Assembly: GCA_965223905.1 (NCBI GenBank)
Contig: CBDCXV010000010.1
Span: forward strand, 896,001 to 960,000
DNA length: 64,000 nucleotides
Source: Candidatus Latescibacterota bacterium
GTDB lineage: Bacteria > Latescibacterota > UBA2968 > UBA8231
Reading direction: 5' to 3'
Numbering within the stretch: position 1 is the stretch's first letter; every line of letters starts with the position of its first letter. Made by a program: the position numbers and the translations under genes. The notes below the pieces were generated by a model that saw only the letters and a list, made by a program, of their open reading frames with translations, did no database searches and was not told the origin of the DNA. Of the stretch, positions 20,073 through 29,261 are shown one piece after another.

Positions 20073-21125
20073 CTAGATCCAGCCGTGGTCGATGGTGGTG
20101 GGTGAGCCCGTGGTCTGGTGGCTCCACCCCAGGCCGCTGTCGAGAAGGACGTCCCGCCCGGTGATCGCCGACTTCTCCGCGGCGAACAGGATCTCCATGA
20201 TGTGGCGGCCGTACTCTCCGTGCGCGGGGGGCTCGATGCCGCTCTCGATCGCCTCGACGAAGCTCTTCCACTCGTTGTGCATTTCGTGCGGGGTGTCCTC
20301 GAACGGCACGTCCTCCCACCGGTCTCCGCGGCCGACCCTGACGTACTTGCCGTCCGCCCCGTGCTGGTTGAAGCGCAGGGTTCCGTTGGCGCAGATCACC
20401 TGGCACTCGAGGTTCGGCGCCCCGTCGGCGAAGCCCACGGCGACGGCGACCCCGCCCAGGCCGTTCTTGTAGCGGATGAAGGCGGTGGCCGAATCGTCGG
20501 CCGCCTGGTAGTGGGCGCGCGTCCCGATCGCCGCCGACACCGAGACCGCCTGCGAGGCCATGACCCAGGTGAGGCGGTCGACGACGTGGACGCCGTTGGT
20601 CAGCCACATGCCGCCGCCGTGGAAGCGGCTGCGGTACTGGGGCCGGCGCGACGGACCGCTCCAGTTCTTCGACATGTAGCTCACCGCGGTGACGAGCTGC
20701 CCCAGCTCCCCGGAGTCGAGGATCTCCTTCGCCTTGACGCTGGTGGCGTAGAAGTGCTGCGACAGGCCCACCATCAGCTTGACGCCGTTGGCCCGCGCCG
20801 CTTCGACCATGTCGTCGCACTGCGGCAGGGAGATCGCCATCGGCTTCTCGACCAGCACGTGCTTGCCGGCGTTGCAGGCGTCGACGGTCAGCCGGTGGTG
20901 GAGCTGGTGGCCGAGCACGACCGCCACGGCGTCGACCTCGTCGTCCTTCAGCAGTTCCGTATGCGAGGAGTGGCCGCGCGGGATGCCGTACTTCTCCATG
21001 AACTCGGCCCGCTTCTCCTCGAAGAGGTCGGCGACGGCGACGGCCTCGACGCCGTCGAGGCCGGAGATGGCGTCGCAGTGCGAGGTGGCGATGCCGCCCA
21101 GACCGATGATCCCTACCCGTACCAT
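20073..21125 (-). CDS. Gfo/Idh/MocA oxidoreductase
   Basis: RVGIIGLGGIA, GKHVLVEKPMA, GGGMWLTNGVH. Confidence 0.92.
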   Translation of the reverse strand: MVRVGIIGLGGIATSHCDAISGLDGVEAVAVADLFEEKRAEFMEKYGIPRGHSSHTELLKDDEVDAVAVVLGHQLHHRLTVDACNAGKHVLVEKPMAISLPQCDDMVEAARANGVKLMVGLSQHFYATSVKAKEILDSGELGQLVTAVSYMSKNWSGPSRRPQYRSRFHGGGMWLTNGVHVVDRLTWVMASQAVSVSAAIGTRAHYQAADDSATAFIRYKNGLGGVAVAVGFADGAPNLECQVICANGTLRFNQHGADGKYVRVGRGDRWEDVPFEDTPHEMHNEWKSFVEAIESGIEPPAHGEYGRHIMEILFAAEKSAITGRDVLLDSGLGWSHQTTGSPTTIDHGWI

Positions 21126-21162
21126 AAATCCGATTACTCCCTGGTGTGTGCCGCCGCGGCCG

Positions 21163-22488
21163 TCACCCGACCTCCGCCAGCGCCCTGCCGAAGGCCTCGA
21201 CGAAGCCGTCGACATCGGCGGCCTGCGTCGGCAGCGAAACGGCGTTCATGCCGAGGGGATGGCAGAGGAAATACCCCTGGTTCAACAGCGACAGGAACAT
21301 CGGGTTGTTGAGCTCCTTGTCGCAGCGCGACAGGCTGCGATACGAACGCGGCTGCTCGGCGCTGAAGTAGATGCTGAACACCGAGCCGTTGCGCACCGCC
21401 CTGCCGGGGATTCCTGCGCGCTCGAGCTCCTCCTCCACCCCGGAGCACAGCCTCGCGGTCAACCCGTTCACGTGGGCGAAGGCCTCCGGGGTCAGCTGGT
21501 CGAGGGTGGCCCTGCCCGCGGCCATCACCAGGGCGTGGCCGCTGTGGGTGCCGCTCTGGAAGACCGGCGCCGGCCCTGCGGAGTTGTCGGTAAGGTCCAT
21601 GATGTCGCGCCGGCCCCCGAACGCCCCGACCGGGAAGCCGCCGCCGACGATCTTGCCGAAGGTGCTGAGGTCCGGCCGGATCCCGAACTGCTCCTGGATT
21701 CCCCCGGTGCCGACCCGGAAACCGACGATCTCGTCGCACAGGAGAATGAGGCCGTGCCTTCTCGCCGTTGCCTCGACGGCGCGGGCGAACTCCGGCCGCT
21801 GCGGCATGACGCCGGCCTTGGGGTCGAGCATGATGCAGGCCAGCTCGCCGGCGTGGGCGGCGACGATCCGCTCCACCGCGTCCTCGTCGTCGTAGGGTAG
21901 GATGACGACCGCATCGGCGGCGTTGGGGGCCATGCCCCCGGCCCCGGGCACCGCCACCGGCGCCTCCGCGGGCCCGGCCCGGTCGAGCGGTGGGGCGACG
22001 CTGATCTCTACGCCGTCGTGGTTGCCGTGGTACCCCCCTTCGAACTTGGCGATCTTCGGCCTGCCGCTGAACTCGCGCGCCAGGCGCACGGCGTGCAACG
22101 TCGCCTCGGTTCCGGAATTGCAGAAGCGGATGCTGTCGAGGGAGGCGACGCGGCGGCACATCTCCTCCGCCATCTCGACTTCGTTCCCCATGCTCGCCCC
22201 GAGGGCGACCCCCCGTTTCACCTGGCTTGCGATCGCCGCCATGACCGCCGGGTGGTTGTGCCCGAGCACCTGCGCGGTGTGGTGATTGGCGAGATCGAGG
22301 TAGCGGTGGCCGTCGGCGTCCCACACGAACTGGCCCTCGCCACGTTCCAGGGACAGCGGAAACGGGGGGTGGTAATAGGCCCCTTTCACACCGCCCGGCA
22401 TCACTTTTCGGACGCGCTCGAACAGCGCCCGGGAGCGCGGATGGGCGGCGCTGTAACGCTCGGAAACCGCTTCGAATTTCGGGTTCAA
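21163..22488 (-). CDS. Class III PLP aminotransferase (glutamate-1-semialdehyde aminomutase-like)
   Basis: RFCNSGTEAT, KFEGGYHG, DEIVGFR, TFGKIVGGGFPVGAFGG; TTG start inferred from the RBS. Confidence 0.88.
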   Translation of the reverse strand: MNPKFEAVSERYSAAHPRSRALFERVRKVMPGGVKGAYYHPPFPLSLERGEGQFVWDADGHRYLDLANHHTAQVLGHNHPAVMAAIASQVKRGVALGASMGNEVEMAEEMCRRVASLDSIRFCNSGTEATLHAVRLAREFSGRPKIAKFEGGYHGNHDGVEISVAPPLDRAGPAEAPVAVPGAGGMAPNAADAVVILPYDDEDAVERIVAAHAGELACIMLDPKAGVMPQRPEFARAVEATARRHGLILLCDEIVGFRVGTGGIQEQFGIRPDLSTFGKIVGGGFPVGAFGGRRDIMDLTDNSAGPAPVFQSGTHSGHALVMAAGRATLDQLTPEAFAHVNGLTARLCSGVEEELERAGIPGRAVRNGSVFSIYFSAEQPRSYRSLSRCDKELNNPMFLSLLNQGYFLCHPLGMNAVSLPTQAADVDGFVEAFGRALAEVG

Positions 22489-22890
22489 AGTTCCTTTTCC
22501 TCTTCTTCGGAGACCGCCGCGGGCCGGAAAATCCGGTCGCCGGCTGCTTGGGCGGCAAGTGTATGGATATCCCTCGGCGACTGTCAATTTGGGTTCCGGG
22601 CGGGGAACCCTTTCGGCCTCATCGACCGCATTCCCCGGGCACAGGACCAGCGGAACCCGCCGCCCACAGGTGCGTCTCGTTCTGGACGGAAGTCTTTGCG
22701 ACCGGCTCCCTGACCTTACCACTCACCCCGATACTCTTCACCCCAATCCTGGGCGGAAACCGACCCTTCCGGGCGGTTTCAAGAGGCGCGCGCATCTTCA
22801 TATATGGTTACCTTGCGCTGTTCCTGGCACACCCTGCCGAATCGCCCGCACACCGGAATTTTCCACGCCAACCCAAGGAAAGGCACGCCA

Positions 22891-24606
22891 ATGAGATCCT
22901 TTTCAAGGCTAACCTGCCTTTGCCTCTTCTGCGCCGCCGTGACCGCGGCCGCAGCCCGGGGCGAGACCTCTTCCCCGCTGCTGCAGGCCATGCAGGAGGA
23001 ACTGAACCGCTCCTTCAGCCTGCTCCAGGAGCAGCCGGTCCCGCCCTATTACCTCAGCTACGAAATCACCGAGACGCAGAGGGTCAGCGTCCGGGCTTCC
23101 TTCGGGGTGCTGACCTACAGCGACGAATGGCATGGCCGCCAGCTCGATATCGACCTGCGCGTCGGGGACTACGCCTTCGACAATACGCACCAGGTCCGCG
23201 GCAGCCCCACCAATTGGTCCGACCGCTACTCGATGATCGAAGTGCCCGTCGAGGATGATCCGGACGCCGTCCGCAGCGTGCTCTGGTACCACACCGACAA
23301 GAAGTACAAGCGCGCCATCGAACAGCTGACCACGGTCAGGACCAACGTCCAGGTCAAGGTGGAAGAGGAGGACCAGTCGGACGACTTCTCCCGGGAGCCG
23401 GTCGAGCGCCATGTGGAAGAGGTCGCATCCTCCGACATATCCCGCGACGAATGGGAGGCCAGGCTCGGGAAATACACCGCCCCGTTCGCCGAGTACGGCG
23501 ACATCTACGAAGCCAACGCCAGCCTCCGCGCCGATATCTCGACCCGCCGCTACGTCAACAGCGAGGGCAGCGAGATCCAGACCTCGCAGGTGCTCTACCG
23601 CCTATTCATCTACGCCTTCACCAAGGCCGACGACGGCATGGAGCTGCCGCGCTACGAATCCTTCTCCGCCTTTACCCCGGAGGGCCTGCCCGGCGACGAC
23701 GAGGTCCTCGCCCTCGTGGAGGACATGATCGCCGACCTGCACGCCCTGCGCGACGCCCCGGTGGTCGCCCCTTACACCGGTCCGGCGATTCTCTCGGGCC
23801 GCGCCAGCGGCGTGCTCTTCCACGAAATCTTCGGACACCGCATCGAGGGCCACCGCCAGAAACGGGAGGACGAGGGCCAGACCTTCAAGAAGAAGGTGGG
23901 GGAGAAGGTCCTGCCCGAGAGCTTTTCCGTTTACTTCGATCCCACCCGGGGGAGCACCGCCGGCAAAGACCTGGTCGGGGCCTACAAGTACGACAACCAG
24001 GGGGTCAAGGCGCGGCGGGTGGCCGTGGTCGAGAACGGGATTTTCCAGCGCTTCCTCATGTCGCGCTCGCCGATCGAGAACTTCCCCCACTCCAACGGCC
24101 ACGGGCGCAAGCAGTCCGGCTACGCCCCGGTGGCGCGCCAGTCCAACCTCATCGTCGAGACCTCGGAGCCGCTGACCCGGGACCAGCTCAAGGAAATGCT
24201 GATCGAACAGTGCCGCGCCGAGGACAAGGAGTTCGGTCTCTATTTCGAGGACATCCAGGGGGGGTTCACCATCACCGGGCGCACCATCCCCAACGCCTTC
24301 AACGTGCTTCCCATCATGGTCTACCGGATTTACACGGACGGACGCGAGGAACTGGTGCGCGGAGTCGACCTGATCGGCACGCCGCTGACCGCCTTCAGCC
24401 AGATCGCCGCCGGCGACGACCGGATCGGGGTGTTCAACGGCATATGCGGTGCCGAGTCGGGAGGGGTGCCCGTGGCCGCGGCCTCCCCCGGGATCTTCAT
24501 CTCGCAGATCGAAGTGCAGAAGAAATCCAAGTCCCAGGAACGCCGGCCCATCCTCGAAGCTCCTTTCTCCGAGTCCCCTGAAGAAGAAGCGGACGACGTC
24601 CTCTGA
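22891..24606 (+). CDS. TldD-like metalloprotease with an N-terminal signal peptide
   Basis: FHEIFGHRIEG, SNGHGR...ARQSNL, ELVRGV.LIGTP, CGAESGGVPV. Confidence 0.85.
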   Translation: MRSFSRLTCLCLFCAAVTAAAARGETSSPLLQAMQEELNRSFSLLQEQPVPPYYLSYEITETQRVSVRASFGVLTYSDEWHGRQLDIDLRVGDYAFDNTHQVRGSPTNWSDRYSMIEVPVEDDPDAVRSVLWYHTDKKYKRAIEQLTTVRTNVQVKVEEEDQSDDFSREPVERHVEEVASSDISRDEWEARLGKYTAPFAEYGDIYEANASLRADISTRRYVNSEGSEIQTSQVLYRLFIYAFTKADDGMELPRYESFSAFTPEGLPGDDEVLALVEDMIADLHALRDAPVVAPYTGPAILSGRASGVLFHEIFGHRIEGHRQKREDEGQTFKKKVGEKVLPESFSVYFDPTRGSTAGKDLVGAYKYDNQGVKARRVAVVENGIFQRFLMSRSPIENFPHSNGHGRKQSGYAPVARQSNLIVETSEPLTRDQLKEMLIEQCRAEDKEFGLYFEDIQGGFTITGRTIPNAFNVLPIMVYRIYTDGREELVRGVDLIGTPLTAFSQIAAGDDRIGVFNGICGAESGGVPVAAASPGIFISQIEVQKKSKSQERRPILEAPFSESPEEEADDVL

Positions 24607-24635
24607 GCCCTTTCCCATCCGGCAGGAGCCATCCC

Positions 24636-26408
24636 ATGCGAACAAGGACCTTCATCCATTCTCTGACGGCCGCTGCCCTCCTGGGGTTCTCCGCCGCCCA
24701 CGCGGAAGACGACACCCTGCAGCGCGCCCTGCGCGACGAGCTGGCGCGCTCGATGCAGCAGCTCCAGCTCGAAGACCTCGAGCCGCCCTACTTCATCTCC
24801 TACCTCGTGCGCGAAGTGAAATCCAGGAGCAGCTCGGCGACCTTCGGCAGTCTGCTCAACAGCGGCGAGGGCCACTCGCGTACCCTCGCTGTCGAAGTGC
24901 GGGTAGGCGACTACGCCCTCGACAACACCAACTTCCGTTCGTTCTCCTTCGGCGGTTCGGGAGTTGTGCGCATGTACGGGGGCAGCATGCGCTTGCCCCT
25001 CGAGGACGACTACGACGAGTTGCGGCGCAAGATCTGGCTGGCCACCGACGGCGCCTACAAGAAGGCGCTCGAGGACCTGGCCAAGAAGCGGGCGGCCCTG
25101 CAGAACAAGACCCGCACCGAGGAAATCCCGGATTTCAGCAGGGAAGAGCCCACCACCGAAGTGGACGAAACCCCGCCCGCGGTGCTGGATCTCGACCTCC
25201 TGGACCGGCGCGTGCGCCAGCTTTCGGGCCTGTTCCGCGAGATGCCCGACATCCATACCTCGCGGGTCGGCTTCAACGGATCCAACACCTCGGTCCGCTA
25301 CCTCAACAGCGAAGGCTCTTCCTTCATCCGGCGGAGCTCCTCCCTGGCCTTCACCGCGGTCGCCGCCACCCAGGCCCCCGACGGCATGCCGCTGGAGGAC
25401 TTCGTCGCCGTGTACTCCCGTTCACCGGAAGAGCTCCCCGGGGACGAGGAGCTGGCCGCGCAGGTCGATGCCATGGGCGAGCGTCTGAAGCAGCTGCGCC
25501 AGGCGCCCCTGGTCGAACGCTACACAGGACCGGTGGTCTTCTCCGGCCAGGCGGCCACGGAGCTGTTCAACCAGGGATTCGTCCCCTCCATGCTGGCGAC
25601 GCGCCGGACCCTGAGCGACAATCCGCAGTACGAGCGCTTCTACCCCCAGAAGAAGGAGAACCCATTCCTCGACAAGATCGGCGTGCGCGTTCTGCCGGAA
25701 TTCCTCGCAGTGCGCGCCGAACCGCTATTGGACGCCTATGAAAAGCTGCCCTTGTTCGGCGGCTACGGGGTTGACGACGAAGGGGTGCCGGCGCGCCGGA
25801 TCCACCTGGTGCGGAAGGGGGTGCTGGAGACCCTGCTGACCACTCGCACCCCCGTGCGCGGCATCGACCGCAGCACAGGAAGTCGCCGCGGTCCGGGAGT
25901 CGCTCCCGGCAATATCCTAGTCGAGGCCGAGAAAGGCCTGAGCGAAAAGAAAATTCGCAAGGAATTCTTCAAACTGATCAAAAGGCAGAAAAAACAGTTC
26001 GGTTACATCGTCACCCACATCGCCAACCCCTCCTACAAGGCCGGCGAGTCCCAGGTTTTCTTCTATTCCTCCGCTTCGGACAACGAGGAGAAGAAGCTGG
26101 AAAACGCGATCTTCGTTTACAAAGTTTTCCTCGACGGCCGCGAGGAGCTGGTGCGCAACGCCGAGTTTGCGGGAATCGGCCTCCATACCTTCAAGGACAT
26201 CGTGAAGGTGTCCAAAACGCACGCAGTCAACACCGTCCCCTTTCGCTCGCAGGATAATTCCTCTCCCTTCGGCGGGGGGCAGGGGGATGAAGTACTCGTG
26301 AGTATCGTCACACCACGCATGGTCCTGTTCGAGGACATCACCCTCAAGCCGCCGACCGGGGAGATCCCCAAGGCGCCCGTGTCGATGCATCCCTACTTCG
26401 ACAAGTGA
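24636..26408 (+). CDS. PmbA/TldE-like partner subunit with a signal peptide
   Basis: Paralog of the upstream gene (PYFISY, RVGDYALDNT, YTGPVVF, DDEGVPA) lacking HExxH. Confidence 0.8.
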   Translation: MRTRTFIHSLTAAALLGFSAAHAEDDTLQRALRDELARSMQQLQLEDLEPPYFISYLVREVKSRSSSATFGSLLNSGEGHSRTLAVEVRVGDYALDNTNFRSFSFGGSGVVRMYGGSMRLPLEDDYDELRRKIWLATDGAYKKALEDLAKKRAALQNKTRTEEIPDFSREEPTTEVDETPPAVLDLDLLDRRVRQLSGLFREMPDIHTSRVGFNGSNTSVRYLNSEGSSFIRRSSSLAFTAVAATQAPDGMPLEDFVAVYSRSPEELPGDEELAAQVDAMGERLKQLRQAPLVERYTGPVVFSGQAATELFNQGFVPSMLATRRTLSDNPQYERFYPQKKENPFLDKIGVRVLPEFLAVRAEPLLDAYEKLPLFGGYGVDDEGVPARRIHLVRKGVLETLLTTRTPVRGIDRSTGSRRGPGVAPGNILVEAEKGLSEKKIRKEFFKLIKRQKKQFGYIVTHIANPSYKAGESQVFFYSSASDNEEKKLENAIFVYKVFLDGREELVRNAEFAGIGLHTFKDIVKVSKTHAVNTVPFRSQDNSSPFGGGQGDEVLVSIVTPRMVLFEDITLKPPTGEIPKAPVSMHPYFDK

Positions 26409-26585
26409 ATCAGTGTCGATCCAGGGAAATACATCTTGATCCCCCTCCCGGCCTGCGGTAGTCTCACAGTCTGAGATACTACCCGGGCAGACCGGCCGCC
26501 CCGCATCAGCACCCCGGGGGCAGTCGGCGTCCTCTCCATCTGCACCGCAGCTCCAGCCGGTGTATCCATATGGAGGATTCCTGTC

Positions 26586-27155
26586 ATGCGAGCCCCGAAC
26601 GTGGACGGCGACAACAGCGGAGGAGGGTTACGGGACCCGGAAGGCCATGATGCAGAAAAACCGTATGATATGGTGCAGGCACAGGAGTATTATGCGTTTG
26701 CGAGGACCTATGACGGACACAGCAACGTCGCTTTGAGCGAGGTGAGTTATTACCTCGCGGACTGGATGCACCGGGAACCCTACGCCGACGGCGGCGGGGG
26801 CATAGTCGACAGTCAGCCGATCCATGCGGTGGTCGAGTTTTACGTCACCCCGTTCGATCGATTCATCTGGGACGATCCGGAGCAGAGCGTCATCTCCGAT
26901 CTTTATGTCGACAAGATCATTGGGTTTGCGTTTGGAATGGGAGACACGGACACCGATGCCGAAGGCGGGAACCAAACGTTCGCATGGCACGGCCTGTTCG
27001 GACCGGATGCGTCCTACGATCTGCCCTTCGAGCAGTTGTATTGGGCATCCGACCTGTGGGCCCGGGGTATTCTTCTGGGCTCGGACATCAATTCCGATGA
27101 CACCGGTGTAGAAAGGGTCTCATGGGGCCGCATCAAAGCCAGTCTGAAGGAATAG
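26586..27155 (+). pseudogene. C-terminal half of a third 'SWGRIK'-family paralog
   Basis: DGDNSGG, ARTYDG, PYADGGGG, EFYVTPFD, KIIGF, VERVSWGRIKASLKE; no signal peptide or N-terminal half. Confidence 0.65.
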
Positions 27156-27170
27156 ACCTCCGGCCCCAAC

Positions 27171-29261
27171 TCACCAGCTGACTACGAGGTTCCCGAACCC
27201 GTCGACCTCGGCGGCAAACTCCGGGTGGATGACCGTCGTCGAATCCTTCTCCTCCACCACGCACGGCCCCTCGACCACGCACCCGGCTCCCAGACCGTAG
27301 CGGTCGTACACCGGGCAGTCCACGAATCCCCCGCTTTCGGCGAAGTACACGGGCCTGCTCTCCTTCCCTGCCTTCGAAGGGTCGCTGCCGCCCCCCTGCC
27401 ATTCCCGCAGCCTCGGCTTGGCGATCCGTCCGGTCGCCGTCAGTCGGTGGGCGACGAACTCGACCGGTTCCTCCGGGGCGCTGAAGCCGTAGGCCCGGTC
27501 GTGTTCGCGGTGGAACTCCTCGAGCACGCCGGAGATCCCGGCATCGTCGAGCTTCCCCTCCGGCAGGGGCAGGGTCAGCTCGTAGCTCTGCCCGACGTAG
27601 CGGATGTCCGCCTGGCGCAGGTAGCCGGTGTCCCCGGCAGGAATCCCCTCGCGTTCCAGGGCTTCCCGTCCCTGCGCTTCCAGCCCCGCGTACACCGCCT
27701 CGACCGCGGACAGGTCGAGCCGGTCGGCGCGCTCGATCCGCGTCGTCGAGTAGTCCCGCTTGAGATCGGTGACCAGCAGCCCGGTGGCCGAGAAAGTGCC
27801 CGGGCTCGCGGGGATGACGGTGACCGGTATCTCCATCTCCGCGGCCAGGCGGCAGGCGTGCACCGGGCCGGCCCCTCCGAAGGCGACGAGGGCGAACTCG
27901 CGGGGGTCCCAGCCGCGCTGGATGGAGACCAGCCGCAGGGCGTTGACCATGGCGGCGTTGGCTATCTCGACGACGCCGTGGGCCGCCTCGACGGGATCCA
28001 TTCCCAGGGGCTCGGCGCAGCCGATCGCGACCGCCCGCCTGGCCGCCTCGACGTCGAGGGGGATCTCCCCGCCGAGAAAGAACCCGGGGTTGAGCCGCCC
28101 CAGGAGCAGGTTGGCGTCGGTCAGGGTCGGCTCCCGACCCCCCTGCCCGTAGCAGGCGGGGCCGGGGTCGGCCCCGGCGCTGCGCGGCCCGACGCGGAGC
28201 CCTCCGCCGGCGTCCACCCAGGCGATGGAGCCCCCTCCGGCGCCGATCTCCACCAGGTCGATCACCGGGGTCCGTATCGGGTAGCCCGATCCCCGCGAGG
28301 CCCCCGCGGCGCTGCGGGCGGCCGCTCCGACCTCGTAGTCCTTGGTCACCGACGGAGCGCCGTTCTGGATCAGCCCGACCTTGGCGGTGGTCCCGCCCAT
28401 GTCGAAGGAGATGACCTCCCCGCGGCCGAGGGAGTTGCCGAGCCAGGCGGCCGCGGTCACCCCCGCGGCCGGCCCGGACTCCACCATGAACACCGGCTTC
28501 TCCCTCGCCGCGGCGAAGCTGAACACCCCGCCGCTGCTCTGCATCACCAGCAGCTCCGCGGCCACCCCGGCGGCGCGCAGGCGCTCCTCGATACGCCTGA
28601 GGTACTCGGCGACGACCGGGCGGATGCAGGCGTTGATGACGGTGGTGCTGGCCCGGAAGTACTCGCGGAACTCCGGGGCGACCTCCGACGACAGCGATAC
28701 CATGGCCCCGGGAAAGCGCTGCCGCAGGATCTCGCCGGCGCGGCGCTCGTGCTCCGGGTTGGCGTAGGCGTGGAGGAAGCAGACGGCGATCGCCTCCACC
28801 CCTTCCCGGCGCAGCCGGTCCGCAGCCTGCAGGACCGCCTCCTCGTCCAGCGCCTCGAGGATCTCGCCGCCGGCCCCGAGCCGCTCCGGCACGCCGACGC
28901 AGAGGTGCCGGGGCACCAGGGGCCGGGGCTTCTCGAAATGCAGGTCGTAGAGGGAGGGGCGTATCTGGCGCGCGATCTCCAGCATGTCGCGGAAACCGGC
29001 GGTGGTGACGAACCCGGTGCGCGCCACCTTCCCCTCGATGATGGCGTTCGTCGCCACCGTGGTCGCGTGCATGACGTAGGAGACGCCGCCGGCGTCGACC
29101 CCCTGCTCGGCGAGGATGCGGCGCGCCGCCTCGCTGAATCCGGCGGCCGGGTCCCCCGGGGTGGTCGGGACCTTGGCGGTGCGCACCTCGCCGGTCGCCT
29201 CGTCGACGAGGTTGGCGTCGGTGAAGGTGCCGCCTATGTCTATACCCAGTCTATGCGCCAC
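27171..29261 (-). CDS. Hydantoinase A / 5-oxoprolinase subunit
   Basis: GIDIGGTFTD, TTVATNAIIE, ESGPAAG, DMGGTT, IGAGGGS, GPRSAGADPGP. Confidence 0.93.
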   Translation of the reverse strand: MAHRLGIDIGGTFTDANLVDEATGEVRTAKVPTTPGDPAAGFSEAARRILAEQGVDAGGVSYVMHATTVATNAIIEGKVARTGFVTTAGFRDMLEIARQIRPSLYDLHFEKPRPLVPRHLCVGVPERLGAGGEILEALDEEAVLQAADRLRREGVEAIAVCFLHAYANPEHERRAGEILRQRFPGAMVSLSSEVAPEFREYFRASTTVINACIRPVVAEYLRRIEERLRAAGVAAELLVMQSSGGVFSFAAAREKPVFMVESGPAAGVTAAAWLGNSLGRGEVISFDMGGTTAKVGLIQNGAPSVTKDYEVGAAARSAAGASRGSGYPIRTPVIDLVEIGAGGGSIAWVDAGGGLRVGPRSAGADPGPACYGQGGREPTLTDANLLLGRLNPGFFLGGEIPLDVEAARRAVAIGCAEPLGMDPVEAAHGVVEIANAAMVNALRLVSIQRGWDPREFALVAFGGAGPVHACRLAAEMEIPVTVIPASPGTFSATGLLVTDLKRDYSTTRIERADRLDLSAVEAVYAGLEAQGREALEREGIPAGDTGYLRQADIRYVGQSYELTLPLPEGKLDDAGISGVLEEFHREHDRAYGFSAPEEPVEFVAHRLTATGRIAKPRLREWQGGGSDPSKAGKESRPVYFAESGGFVDCPVYDRYGLGAGCVVEGPCVVEEKDSTTVIHPEFAAEVDGFGNLVVSW

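Larger units (their letters stand above)
18627..20073 (-). mobile_element. IS630-family insertion sequence (decayed)
   Basis: Imperfect IRs GTGCTGCTCGGCACAA (left) vs GTGTCCTGCGGCACAA (right, reverse complement), each flanked by TA (18625-26, 20074-75) in a CTAG context. Confidence 0.85.
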
